Virus record (IMG/VR): IMGVR_UViG_3300036861_000578
Coordinates: 1-52,740 of that record
Direction: 5' to 3' (one strand)
From: a virus
Lineage: Duplodnaviria; Caudoviricetes
Length of the DNA: 52,740 nt
The notes under the pieces were generated by a model. The model was not told the origin of the DNA. It saw only the letters and a program-made list of their open reading frames with translations, and searched no databases. Position numbers and translations under genes: made by a program. Shown here one piece after another: positions 37,079-45,550 of this stretch (position 1 is the stretch's first letter; every line of letters starts with the position of its first letter).

Positions 37079-38233
37079 TCATTGTCTCACCTGGGCCCCA
37101 CGTCTTGGGTCAAGGATCTTCGGGACCTGCTCAGCCAACTCCCAGTCATACCCAGAAACGTACCGTCTGGTCACTCTGTCTGATTCGTGCCCGAGGAACG
37201 CGCTCACCTGCGACAGGTTGCGGCCTTTCTCAGCCGCCAGCAGCGCTGTTGCTGCGGAGTGCCGAAGGCTGTGCCCGGACTCGTCGACGCCGCAGCCGTG
37301 CATGAAGTCCGATACCAGCCGCGAGAGCGACTTGGCCCGCAGCGGCAGGCCCGGGAAGCGGCGGTTGGCGATCAGGGGCTGGCCGGGTCGGGCATCGCGG
37401 GCGCCGAGGTACTTGCTGATCGCGGCCTGTGCCTCAGGGTGCAAGGGAATCCATCGCTCTTTGCGGCCCTTTCCCATGACGCGGATCTTGCCGGGAAGCA
37501 GCACCGGGTCCTCTTCATCAGATTCTGGTGGGGGGAACCACAAGCGCGGCGGGTAGTAGTCCTCGACTTTGAGGCTGGCGATCTCACCGCAGCGCAACCC
37601 ACCGAAGTAGCCCAGCACGACCATGAGATACATACGTGGGTCGTCTTCGGCGGCGAGCAGCACGGCACGGAGCTGGTCGGCGTCCAGGGAACGTGGCGCC
37701 CCGGGCCGGACCTTCGGTGGGCGCACCAGCTCCATCGGGTTACGTCGGAGGTAGCCGGCCTGGTGGGCGAACCGGTAGAGACCCCGGATCGCGACGATGT
37801 AGTGCGCCCGCGCTGCTGGCGACAGCGGCTGCCCGCGGCGCCGTCCCGTGCGGGCAGGACGGTCAAGGAACCGCACCACATCAGCGGGGCCCGCCTGATG
37901 CCATGCCTTCGTGCGGCCCCGAACCTTGCTGGTGGCCAGGTAGGCGCAGAAGTCGTATGCGACCTTGCGGATCTCGCTGACCGTGCTCTCCGCGCAGTCC
38001 GCCTCGACAAGGAGAAACCGCCGGTAGTCGCGCCACAACGCGGGGAACGTGACGACGCCGAGGAGCTGGAGGTCGACCTCGGCGAGGTGGTGGTGGTCGT
38101 CGAGCCAGATGCTCACGACGGCGACCAGGACGACGCCGCCGACGGGTGCGAGGCGTGGGACGAGGACTTGGAGCCACCGCCAGACGGCGGCGTAGAAGTA
38201 GATATACAGGATGAGATAGGCCAGGACCGGCAT
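37079..38233 (-). CDS. tyrosine recombinase (XerC/D-like integrase) with a hydrophobic N-terminal extension
   Basis: Catalytic R (GLRCGE), K (GKGRKER), HSLRH, LGH and Y (TRRY); SAM-like domain. Confidence 0.92.
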   Translation of the reverse strand: MPVLAYLILYIYFYAAVWRWLQVLVPRLAPVGGVVLVAVVSIWLDDHHHLAEVDLQLLGVVTFPALWRDYRRFLLVEADCAESTVSEIRKVAYDFCAYLATSKVRGRTKAWHQAGPADVVRFLDRPARTGRRRGQPLSPAARAHYIVAIRGLYRFAHQAGYLRRNPMELVRPPKVRPGAPRSLDADQLRAVLLAAEDDPRMYLMVVLGYFGGLRCGEIASLKVEDYYPPRLWFPPPESDEEDPVLLPGKIRVMGKGRKERWIPLHPEAQAAISKYLGARDARPGQPLIANRRFPGLPLRAKSLSRLVSDFMHGCGVDESGHSLRHSAATALLAAEKGRNLSQVSAFLGHESDRVTRRYVSGYDWELAEQVPKILDPRRGAQVRQ

Positions 38234-38395
38234 GGCGCCCCCTCTTCCGCGCGTGCCCTACCACGCGGCTGCCAGAAAGGCGCAGTCTCACCCTGCCAAG
38301 TCACGAGCGGGTCACAACGGCCGAAGGCGGGTAGAAGGCCATACCGACCAATGCAAGCAGGATGTGCATTCCCCGTCGGGGACAACACGGGGCAG

Positions 38396-38647
38396 TCATC
38401 CTTTGGAGAGCTTCTGAATCAACTCGGCAGCAGCCTTCTCGCCCGTTGTTGTGAGCCGGAATAAAGGGCCGCCCTGGTCGTCGATGCTCATTTCAAGCAG
38501 CCCCTCCTCGACGAGTTCGAGCAAGGCTGCCTCTGTCTCATCAGGTGTGGCAATCTTCCGGCAGAGGCGGCAGAAAGGCCCGTGGTCGTAGGCGTCGCAT
38601 TCCCACCACTGGCCACCCCGATCCTTCCACCGATGCAACTGGCTCAT
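38396..38647 (-). CDS. Zn-ribbon plus winged-helix-like small protein
   Basis: C...H..CxxC; LLELVEEGLL...FRLT; AAGGAGG RBS. Confidence 0.6.
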   Translation of the reverse strand: MSQLHRWKDRGGQWWECDAYDHGPFCRLCRKIATPDETEAALLELVEEGLLEMSIDDQGGPLFRLTTTGEKAAAELIQKLSKG

Positions 38648-38659
38648 GCTGCCTCCTTG

Positions 38660-38878
38660 TCATGGCTGCGGTGGGATCAGTTCGACCCGGCCGCCGCATC
38701 GCGGGCAAAGCCTGATGATGCGTCCTCGTGTGCGGCGACGTTCGCCCCTCCAGCCGCACGGGTCGCCCAGTTGTCTCTTCACCAGCCCGTGATCCGCGAC
38801 CCATCTCATCTCGGACCCGACTCCTTGCGCCCATGGGACCAGGCGTCCCCCGCCGGCACACCGGACGTTGGCGGCCAT
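38660..38878 (-). CDS. Zn-ribbon hypothetical protein
   Basis: CGWRG...CPRCGG; TGATG coupling. Confidence 0.5.
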   Translation of the reverse strand: MAANVRCAGGGRLVPWAQGVGSEMRWVADHGLVKRQLGDPCGWRGERRRTRGRIIRLCPRCGGRVELIPPQP

Positions 38879-39312
38879 CACGCGGCCTTCTGACCTGTGA
38901 TGATGGTGAGCGCGGGCCGCTGACCTGCCCAATGGGAAAGCTGGTCCGTTGTGCGTTTGCCCTGCGCGGCAACGGGACGGTCACTGCGGCGGCGCCGGGA
39001 GGTTGCGCTCGCCGCCGCGAGCGCCGGCACCGCGGGGCGCGTGACCATCCGCAACTGCTCGGCGGTCAATCCCGGCGGCCACAGCCCGGCCTTCTCCCAC
39101 GCCGTCGGCGGGTCGAGGTCGAGGATCTCGATCAGCCGGTGGACAAGTTCGGGTTCGAGGTGGCGCTGTTCGCCCCGTCGGAGTCGTGCCACCTGCTTTG
39201 AGCTGAACACGCGGCGGCCGGGCAACAGCCCGATGGCGGCCGCGAGCTGATAGTCGTTCAAGCCGGCTTCCCGCGCGACGCGGTCAACCAGCTCCGCGAA
39301 GGTCGCGTCCAT
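38878..39312 (-). CDS. putative immunity repressor (XRE-type HTH)
   Basis: GLNDYQLAAAIG...QVARLRRG; divergent from the cro-like gene. Confidence 0.65.
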   Translation of the reverse strand: MDATFAELVDRVAREAGLNDYQLAAAIGLLPGRRVFSSKQVARLRRGEQRHLEPELVHRLIEILDLDPPTAWEKAGLWPPGLTAEQLRMVTRPAVPALAAASATSRRRRSDRPVAAQGKRTTDQLSHWAGQRPALTIITGQKAA

Positions 39313-39359
39313 GGTCGTCCCTACCCCTTTCCCTGGACCCGGTTGTCGGCAACGCGCCA

Positions 39360-39435
39360 ACAGTAGTTGGTGTTCGGCCGACAGTCAAGCAGTCTCGGCC
39401 GAGGTGTTGACATCTTGCCGACCCGGAGTTACCGT
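39360..39435. promoter_or_regulatory. divergent promoters of the lysis-lysogeny switch
   Basis: + strand TTGACA(39407)-17-TACCGT(39430); - strand TTGACT(39388)-17-TACTGT(39365); two TCGGCCGA palindromes in between. Confidence 0.7.
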
Positions 39436-39476
39436 CCGTCGTACCGTCCGCCGACTCGGAAGGAAGCCAAGCCCCC

Positions 39477-39698
39477 ATGCTGAACGTCACCCTCGCCAAG
39501 CGTCGGCGCCAGGAACTCGGCCTCACGCTGGCCCAGGTCGGTGAACTGTGCGGCGTGGGTCGCGATGTCATCCAGCGGTGGGAGACCGGCCAGCGGGAGC
39601 CACGTAACGCCCAGTCGCTCCGCATCTACGCCCGCGCACTCCAGGTCGAGCCCGGCGAGCTAGTGGCCGAGCCGGAGGAGGTCGCAACCAGTCCCTGA
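39477..39698 (+). CDS. Cro-like HTH_3 regulator
   Basis: RRQELGLTLAQVGELCGVGRDVIQRWETGQREP. Confidence 0.85.
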   Translation: MLNVTLAKRRRQELGLTLAQVGELCGVGRDVIQRWETGQREPRNAQSLRIYARALQVEPGELVAEPEEVATSP

Positions 39699-39765
39699 AC
39701 GCCAGAGGCGCGCGACCCACTCCAGGGCAAGCCGCGCGCCACCGACAACGAAAGGAGCATACCGC

Positions 39766-40020
39766 ATGGCCACGATCATGAGTGGTGGCGGTGCCATGGG
39801 AGGGCCCAACGGCGGTGACCGCCGTTGCGACGCCAAATGCCATGAGGCCAAGCCCGGATCTTCCTGCGACTGCATCTGCGGCGGTGCCTACCACGCCCGC
39901 GGATCGTCCGAGAGCGCGCAGGAGCAACTGACTAAGGACTGGCTCGGCGAGGACTGGCGCGAGCAGTACGGCCAGTTCGTCAAGCCGGCCCTACAGGAGA
40001 CGCTTGGCGGTGCGGCATGA
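39766..40020 (+). CDS. Cys-rich small protein
   Basis: CDAKC...CDCICGG..H; AAAGGAG RBS. Confidence 0.65.
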   Translation: MATIMSGGGAMGGPNGGDRRCDAKCHEAKPGSSCDCICGGAYHARGSSESAQEQLTKDWLGEDWREQYGQFVKPALQETLGGAA

Positions 40021-40580
40021 CGAACCGCACCCCGACCGGGGAGGCGCCCGAGCAGCCGTCGGTTCCCGAAGGTAACGTTGAGGTTGTCACCGCCGCCGGC
40101 GAACGCAAGCCGGCGTCGCTGCCGCGCCGCGCCGCGGCCAGAATCAAGGAAGTATTCGACCCGGCCGCCGACGCGCAGCAGCTGGCCTCCAGGGACCTGC
40201 CCACCTGGCCCGACGAACTCGGCCCCGACGATGACGACCCGCCCCCCGACCCCGGCGACCAGACCCTCGTCATCGGCAACGGCGACGTGGCCGTGCCCGA
40301 CCAGCCACCCGCGAACGTGCTGGCGGCCTACCGGCGGCAGCACGCCGCCAACACCGCCACCGCGGTGGACGAGGTCGCCCGGAAGGTCGGCCAGCTCGTC
40401 GGCCTGGACCGCCGCGCCCGCCACTACGCCTGGGACGTGCAGCACCTCATCGGCATCCACGCGATCTGCGCCAAGGCCATCGACCAGCTCGCCGACCACG
40501 ACCTGGTCAGCCACGCGCTGATCCGGGAGCTGGCCGCCGAGGTCGCCGGATGGCAGACCGACCGGGAGGTGGGATCGTGA
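40017..40580 (+). CDS. hypothetical protein
   Basis: ATGA overlap; phage-like codon usage. Confidence 0.55.
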   Translation: MTNRTPTGEAPEQPSVPEGNVEVVTAAGERKPASLPRRAAARIKEVFDPAADAQQLASRDLPTWPDELGPDDDDPPPDPGDQTLVIGNGDVAVPDQPPANVLAAYRRQHAANTATAVDEVARKVGQLVGLDRRARHYAWDVQHLIGIHAICAKAIDQLADHDLVSHALIRELAAEVAGWQTDREVGS

Positions 40581-40900
40581 GCGTCCCCACTCGCCATCGG
40601 TCTGAAGTCAGCGGCGGTCATGTCGCTGCGGTCGTCCTGATGATTCCGTTCCTGCTCATGTTCCACGGCTGGGCGGTCAAGACCGTCTGGAACTGGTTTG
40701 TCCCGGCGATCCTCGGCTGGCCACGGCTCGGGATCGCCCAAGCCATCGGCCTGTCCATCGTTGTCAGTGTCGCTCGGCCCCGAACCCCTGACCACCAGGA
40801 TGAGACCCCGACGCAGATGTGGGTCCGCACCTTCACCAATGTCATCACCGTGCTGTTGTCGGTCGGCATCGGCTGGATCGTGCATGAGGTGATGGCATGA
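40577..40900 (+). CDS. membrane protein
   Basis: Three hydrophobic segments; VWNWFVP. Confidence 0.6.
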   Translation: MSVPTRHRSEVSGGHVAAVVLMIPFLLMFHGWAVKTVWNWFVPAILGWPRLGIAQAIGLSIVVSVARPRTPDHQDETPTQMWVRTFTNVITVLLSVGIGWIVHEVMA

Positions 40901-42424
40901 CCCGGGAACTGGACGGCGTCGAGTTCGGCCAGCGCGCCGCACCCATCATCCGTGTCGAGTTCTTCGACGTCATCGGAACGCCACTTGACCGGCGGGAGTG
41001 GATACCCCGGGACGGCATCGTATGGGTTCCCCGGGACGCTCGGCAGATGCGACTGACGATTGTGCCGGAGCCGACACCATGACCGGCCGCGAACTCGACG
41101 CCCTCGAACTCGACGAGCAACGCATCGCCGTGCCCCTGGAGCTCGAGAACCAGGCCGTCACCGACCAGCACATCGACCCGACTCTTGCCATGGCCGCGCG
41201 GCGCGCGTGGGTCGAGTACCTGGCCATGGCCGCCGCATGGGGAGGTGGGTCGTGAACTACTACGCCATCGCCACGGTCCGCGAGGTCCTCGCCGGTCGCA
41301 CCAACTCACGATGTCTCTTGGTCCTGGTCTGCGTACTGGTCGGCCACCGAGATCAAGACATCGTCCCGGGGGTCGCGCAGTGCCGACGCTGCTACCACAA
41401 CGCCCCCATCGGTGACGCGCCGAGAGGCTGGATCCCATGACCGCCGGATGGGGGGATGGGTCGGGATGAGCGGGGACGTGACTTGGCCGGAAGCCTTCCT
41501 CGGGGCAACCATCGTCATCGTCGTCTGCGCCTACTTCGCCTTTGTCGTTTGGCGGGTGGCCCGATGACTCCGTGGCTCGCGCTGCTGGCCGGGTTCGCCC
41601 TCGGCGGGCTGTTGCGCCGCGCGGAGACCATGGCCGCCCGCCGCCGGGCCCGCCAGTGGCGCTGGTCGTCGCAGCGGTGGCAGGCCGAAGCCGCCGACGC
41701 CTACCGCGAAGTCGCGTTCCTCGCAGAGCGGAACGAAGAGCTCCACAAGGCCATCGACGCCACGTTCCCCGCCGGCTATGACATCGGGTTCGGCGAAGCC
41801 GCCGGGATCCGGGTCGACCTTGGGGGAATAGAGCCATGACCGCCGCTGAAGCCGCCCGCCTCGACGCCAACCGGCAGGAACTCCTCTGGGACCTGCTGGA
41901 GCTGCGCCGCCTCGGCCTCGTCCAGATCAGCGAGGACGACGACGGGGTCATCACGTTCCAGCTCAGTCCCGACGGGGAACGCAAGGCCGCCGAGTTCGCC
42001 TTGCTGCTGCTACGAACCAGGGGTCGGCCATGAAATCTCATGCCTATCCGCGTTGCCAGGACACTATTGAAATCCGTGACCTGCTCGGGTTGAACCCGAT
42101 CGCTATCCAATGCCAGCGAGAGATCGTGAACGCCGCCGGCCGGCATGTCGGGCACATCCATCACCACTGCGAGTACGAGGTGGCCGGCTGCGAGCAGGCC
42201 CGGGTCAGCTGGACGAGGAGACCCTGATGAGCGCCGTCAACGGCACCGCCGATACCCCCGACATCCTCAAACGACCTTGGGACGCCGCCGCGGTCGCTGC
42301 CAACCTTCTGCAATCGCTGCTGGAGCGGCAGCAGCAGGGGAAGTTGACGATCTCGCAGGAGATCTCGCTGGCCGCTGCGTTGTCGGAGTTCAGCGAGGCG
42401 CAAAGGTGGATCAATACCGGATGA
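40897..42424 (+). other. run of small coupled hypothetical genes (40897-41082, 41079-41255, 41252-41440, 41564-41839, 41836-42033, 42030-42227, 42227-42424)
   Basis: Successive ATGA, GTGA and TGATG overlaps. Confidence 0.55.
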
Positions 42425-43668
42425 CCAGCGACCTGGAGATCTACCCCGACACCGATCGGACCCCGTCGACCCTGTTCGCTAGCCCGGACCCGGCCGCGAT
42501 CGTGGCGCAGGCGACCCGGATCGCCAACGAGATCGCCCCCCTCATCCGCGAACAGCGGCTCGTGAAACGGATCGGCCAATCCGACCATGTGTTCCTCGAG
42601 GGCTGGACGCTGGCGGGAACCATGCTCGGCGTGTTCCCCATCACCGTCTCGTCCGGCCCGATCGTTCACGAAGGCGAAGTCCTCGGTTACCAGGCCACCG
42701 TCGAGGCCCGCACCATGGCCGGGAACATGGTCGGGCGGGCCGACGCGCAATGCACCCACGACGAGAATGCGAAATGGCGCGACGCGCCGTCGTTCCAGCT
42801 CCGGTCGATGGCGATCACCCGCGCCAGCAGCAAAGCGTTGCGGATGCCGCTCGGGTTCGTGATGCATCTGGCCGGTTACGACGCGACCCCCGCCGAGGAG
42901 ATGGAAGCCGCCGCTGGCCGCGGCGAGACCGTCACCGGTGGCCGTGGGGTGCGGCCCGGGTGGCGCGACCTGGCTGAGCAGCAGCGCGCCCACGCGGAGG
43001 TCGGCCGGCTGATCGACGAGCACGGCTTGCGGTCGTGGGTTGCCAGCTGGTTGGAGTCCAAGTCGTATGAGCGGCCGCTGGCGAAGGGTCAGCTGAGCCA
43101 GCTCCGTAAGGCGATCGAACGTGAGGTCGCGCAGATGTCCGACCCGCCCGGTCCCGTCAGCCCCCCCGCGGACGGCCGAGGCGGGTCGGACCCCACGTCC
43201 CCGGCGTCTGGAAGGGGAAGGCAGAGTTCGGGGACCGCAACGTCCGGGGCGGGCGAGCGCGAGGATGTTGGCTCGCACCTCCGTCCTGACCGCCATGACC
43301 TCGCCCCGGACCTCTTGTCCCCGTCTGCCGACCCTATCGACGCCCACGAGGCACAGGGCACGGCAGGGCAGGGCGGGGACGCCAACGCGGGACCGGCCGA
43401 GTCAGATCCGCCGCGGGCAAATGGGGTCCCGACGGTGGACACGGGAGACTCGGCCGGTCCCGCTTACCCCGTCGAGGAATGGGCCATCAACCAGGACCCA
43501 CCCGTCGACCTGCGGCAGGCCAAGGTCGCGTTGCGGAAGCAGTTCAGGGAGGACTTCGGCTGGCTGAAGGACTGGAAGGACCTTCAGGAGTTGCAGGGCG
43601 AACAGGCTGCGAACGCGATCAAGGCGCTGGAAGCGATCTACCTCGACCCCGGAGAGGGGAAGCCATGA
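42421..43668 (+). CDS. conserved phage protein, possibly a single-strand annealing recombinase, with a hairpin-encoded low-complexity insert
   Basis: HVFLEGW...RSMAITRASSKALR...ATPAEEM; early-region position. Confidence 0.5.
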   Translation: MTSDLEIYPDTDRTPSTLFASPDPAAIVAQATRIANEIAPLIREQRLVKRIGQSDHVFLEGWTLAGTMLGVFPITVSSGPIVHEGEVLGYQATVEARTMAGNMVGRADAQCTHDENAKWRDAPSFQLRSMAITRASSKALRMPLGFVMHLAGYDATPAEEMEAAAGRGETVTGGRGVRPGWRDLAEQQRAHAEVGRLIDEHGLRSWVASWLESKSYERPLAKGQLSQLRKAIEREVAQMSDPPGPVSPPADGRGGSDPTSPASGRGRQSSGTATSGAGEREDVGSHLRPDRHDLAPDLLSPSADPIDAHEAQGTAGQGGDANAGPAESDPPRANGVPTVDTGDSAGPAYPVEEWAINQDPPVDLRQAKVALRKQFREDFGWLKDWKDLQELQGEQAANAIKALEAIYLDPGEGKP

Positions 43669-44243
43669 GCCGTCGGGCCGGTGTTGACGCGAAGTCCAAA
43701 GACGTTCCGCCCGGCGGGTCTAGCGTTCCCGCGCAACCCACAGAACATCCGGCTCGTCGGGCCGCCGCGAAACCGGAGTCCAACCCCCGCGCGCCCGACG
43801 GATCGGGTTATACCGAACTATATGAGGTGATCCGCGCTGCCGACACCGATCGCACCGTGGAGGCAAGAATACTGGCGATGCGGCTCATGGTAAAGCTGCA
43901 TACAGAGAAACGGTGCAGCCTGCTGGTGCCGATCCTCGCCAAGGAAATCGCCCAGATGCGTCGCCGTCATGTGCGAGGCGTCGAACAGAAGGTGAGGTTC
44001 ACCGGCGAGGCGTCAGCAGCGGATGGTGGGTGGCTGCAATTGCTTCCGGAAGGGTTCGCGATTCCAGATGGTCGATTCGTCACCTGGGCCGAGGCGACCG
44101 TCGAAGACCACGAAGCCCGCATTGAATGGCTACAGGGGCAGATCGAGGCCCTCGGCCAAGACGTCGACCGTCACCAGCAGGCCATCAAGCTCATCCGCGA
44201 ACATGGCGTCACCTGCCTTGCCGAAGTCGAGGACGCAGCATGA
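43665..44243 (+). CDS. Tas-adjacent protein whose N-terminus is encoded by TIGR-like units
   Basis: GAGGGG RBS, ATGA overlap; FVTWAEATVEDH...coiled coil. Confidence 0.7.
   Translation: MSRRAGVDAKSKDVPPGGSSVPAQPTEHPARRAAAKPESNPRAPDGSGYTELYEVIRAADTDRTVEARILAMRLMVKLHTEKRCSLLVPILAKEIAQMRRRHVRGVEQKVRFTGEASAADGGWLQLLPEGFAIPDGRFVTWAEATVEDHEARIEWLQGQIEALGQDVDRHQQAIKLIREHGVTCLAEVEDAA
43670..43801 (+). ncRNA. TIGR-like stem-array 1 (3 units, 42-bp period)
   Basis: Spacer pairs GTGTTGACG/AAGACGTTC, GCGTTCCCG/CAGAACATC and CCGCGAAAC/ACCCCCGCG; loops CGAAGTCCA, CGCAACCCA and CGGAGTCCA. Confidence 0.8.
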
Positions 44244-45550
44244 CCACCCAAGCTCGGGAGCGGGCCATACGCCTTGCGGATTCCGTGGCACGTCCGTCCG
44301 CTCCCGAACAACCGTCGGACCAGGCCAGCCGGTCTTCGTTGTCCACGCTCGATGCGCCTGGTTCCGGCTCTAACGGCCAGCAGCCCAATGTACTGCCGCA
44401 ATCCGAAGGGTCCGCGGCTGCTGGCACCAACGGGCAGAGGCGAACCATAGATTTCCCGGACTCCAGACTGCTCGCGGCCGCCTCTGCCTACCGTGAGCTG
44501 CGCGTTTTCGCCGAGCTATTCGCCGATGTACAGCAGACCCGCATCGCATGCGGCCACCGCGCCGGCCGCTGCATCCGCTGCATGCACATCCCCAAGGACC
44601 ACCAGAGAGCATGCGGCAAGGAAGGCTGCGCCTGCCCGAGCCTGTTTCTGCTCGACCCCGGGCAGCTCAAGCCGCAGCTCGACATGCTCGCCGCGACCGA
44701 GCACCAGCTCGGCCTCGCAATGGTCCGCTGCTACCGCCGCATCGTCGACCCGAGCATCCGCACCTGGCAGCAGGAGACGACCGGGATCGGCGAGCACCTC
44801 CTCGCCCGTCTCCTCGGCACCATCGGCCACCCCCGGCACGCCACGCCCTACCACTGGGAAGGTCAAGGCCCCGAGCGGGTCCTGATCTCCGACCCGCCGT
44901 TCGAGCGGAACGTCGCCAAGCTGTGGGCGTACTGCGGCCACGGCGATCCGGACCGGAAGCGGCGCAAGGGCATGACCGCCGAGGATGGCGCGGCGCTCGG
45001 CAACCCACGCGCGAAGATGCTCGTGCACCTGCTCGCCGAAGCCGCGATGAAATGCGTCGGCAGTGCCGCCACCGCCGAAGCGGAAGCCAGCGCGCATCCG
45101 CAGCCTGCCGACGCACAAGATGCCGGGTCGATCGCCACAGACGGCGCGGATTCCAGTGACCCTCCGCGATCGACCCGCGCACGTTCCCCGTACCGCGACA
45201 CTTACGAGGAGGCGCGACTACGGTTCGCCGACCGCGATTGGACCCCCGCACACCAGCACGCGGCGGCGCTGCGGTCGGTCGGTAAGGAGATCCTGCGGGA
45301 TCTGTGGCTGGCGGCCGGGGATCACTTGGCGGTCGAATCCCATACCGGACTCGTCCCCGGCGGCTACTCCCGTCGCGATATCCAAACTACAGCCGCCGCC
45401 GGGGACCATTCTGTTCGCGACATCCATACGGCAGCCGTCCCCGGCGGTTACATGCCTCGCGAAAACCAGCCCGCCCTCGCCGCCGGGGATTCCCTCCAGG
45501 CCGGGCACGCCAGCGTCGGCGTGCCTTCCCAACCGGAAGGGGACGGGTGA
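44240..45550 (+). CDS. TasA-like Nop/IS110-type RNA-binding protein without a nuclease domain, with a Zn-finger insertion
   Basis: Coiled coil DVQQTRIA; TGIGEHLLARLLG (HhH-like); KLWAYCG; GNPRAK; SPYRDTYEE; HAAALRSVGKEILRDLW. Confidence 0.8.
   Translation: MTTQARERAIRLADSVARPSAPEQPSDQASRSSLSTLDAPGSGSNGQQPNVLPQSEGSAAAGTNGQRRTIDFPDSRLLAAASAYRELRVFAELFADVQQTRIACGHRAGRCIRCMHIPKDHQRACGKEGCACPSLFLLDPGQLKPQLDMLAATEHQLGLAMVRCYRRIVDPSIRTWQQETTGIGEHLLARLLGTIGHPRHATPYHWEGQGPERVLISDPPFERNVAKLWAYCGHGDPDRKRRKGMTAEDGAALGNPRAKMLVHLLAEAAMKCVGSAATAEAEASAHPQPADAQDAGSIATDGADSSDPPRSTRARSPYRDTYEEARLRFADRDWTPAHQHAAALRSVGKEILRDLWLAAGDHLAVESHTGLVPGGYSRRDIQTTAAAGDHSVRDIHTAAVPGGYMPRENQPALAAGDSLQAGHASVGVPSQPEGDG
44254..44488 (+). 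ncRNA. TIGR-like stem-array 2 (4 units, exact 60-bp period)
   Basis: CCA at 44265, 44325, 44385 and 44445; each unit is CCA-9-CGNNNNCCR-9-CG closed by its own inverted repeat. Confidence 0.85.
45053..45177 (+). ncRNA. TIGR-like stem-array 3 (2 units, 66-bp period)
   Basis: Spacers CCGCCGAAG/GCGCGCATC and CAGACGGCG/GTGACCCTC; 11-bp flanking stems TGCGTCGGCAG/CTGCCGACGCA and CGGGTCGATCG/CGATCGACCCG. Confidence 0.8.
45314..45489 (+). ncRNA. TIGR-like stem-array 4 (4 units, 42-bp period)
   Basis: Loops CGAATCCCA, CGATATCCA, CGACATCCA and CGAAAACCA; 9-nt spacers; alternating GGGGA/TCCCC and CGGCGG/CCGCCG stems. Confidence 0.85.

Noticed and set aside
43670-45489. CRISPR array interpretation of the periodic repeats
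   Set aside because: There are no 23-47-bp identical repeats and no cas genes; the 9-nt dual spacers fit TIGR geometry instead
44240-45550. IS110 transposase or insertion sequence
   Set aside because: It lacks the N-terminal DEDD RuvC-like domain and any IS ends, and it is translationally coupled within a phage operon
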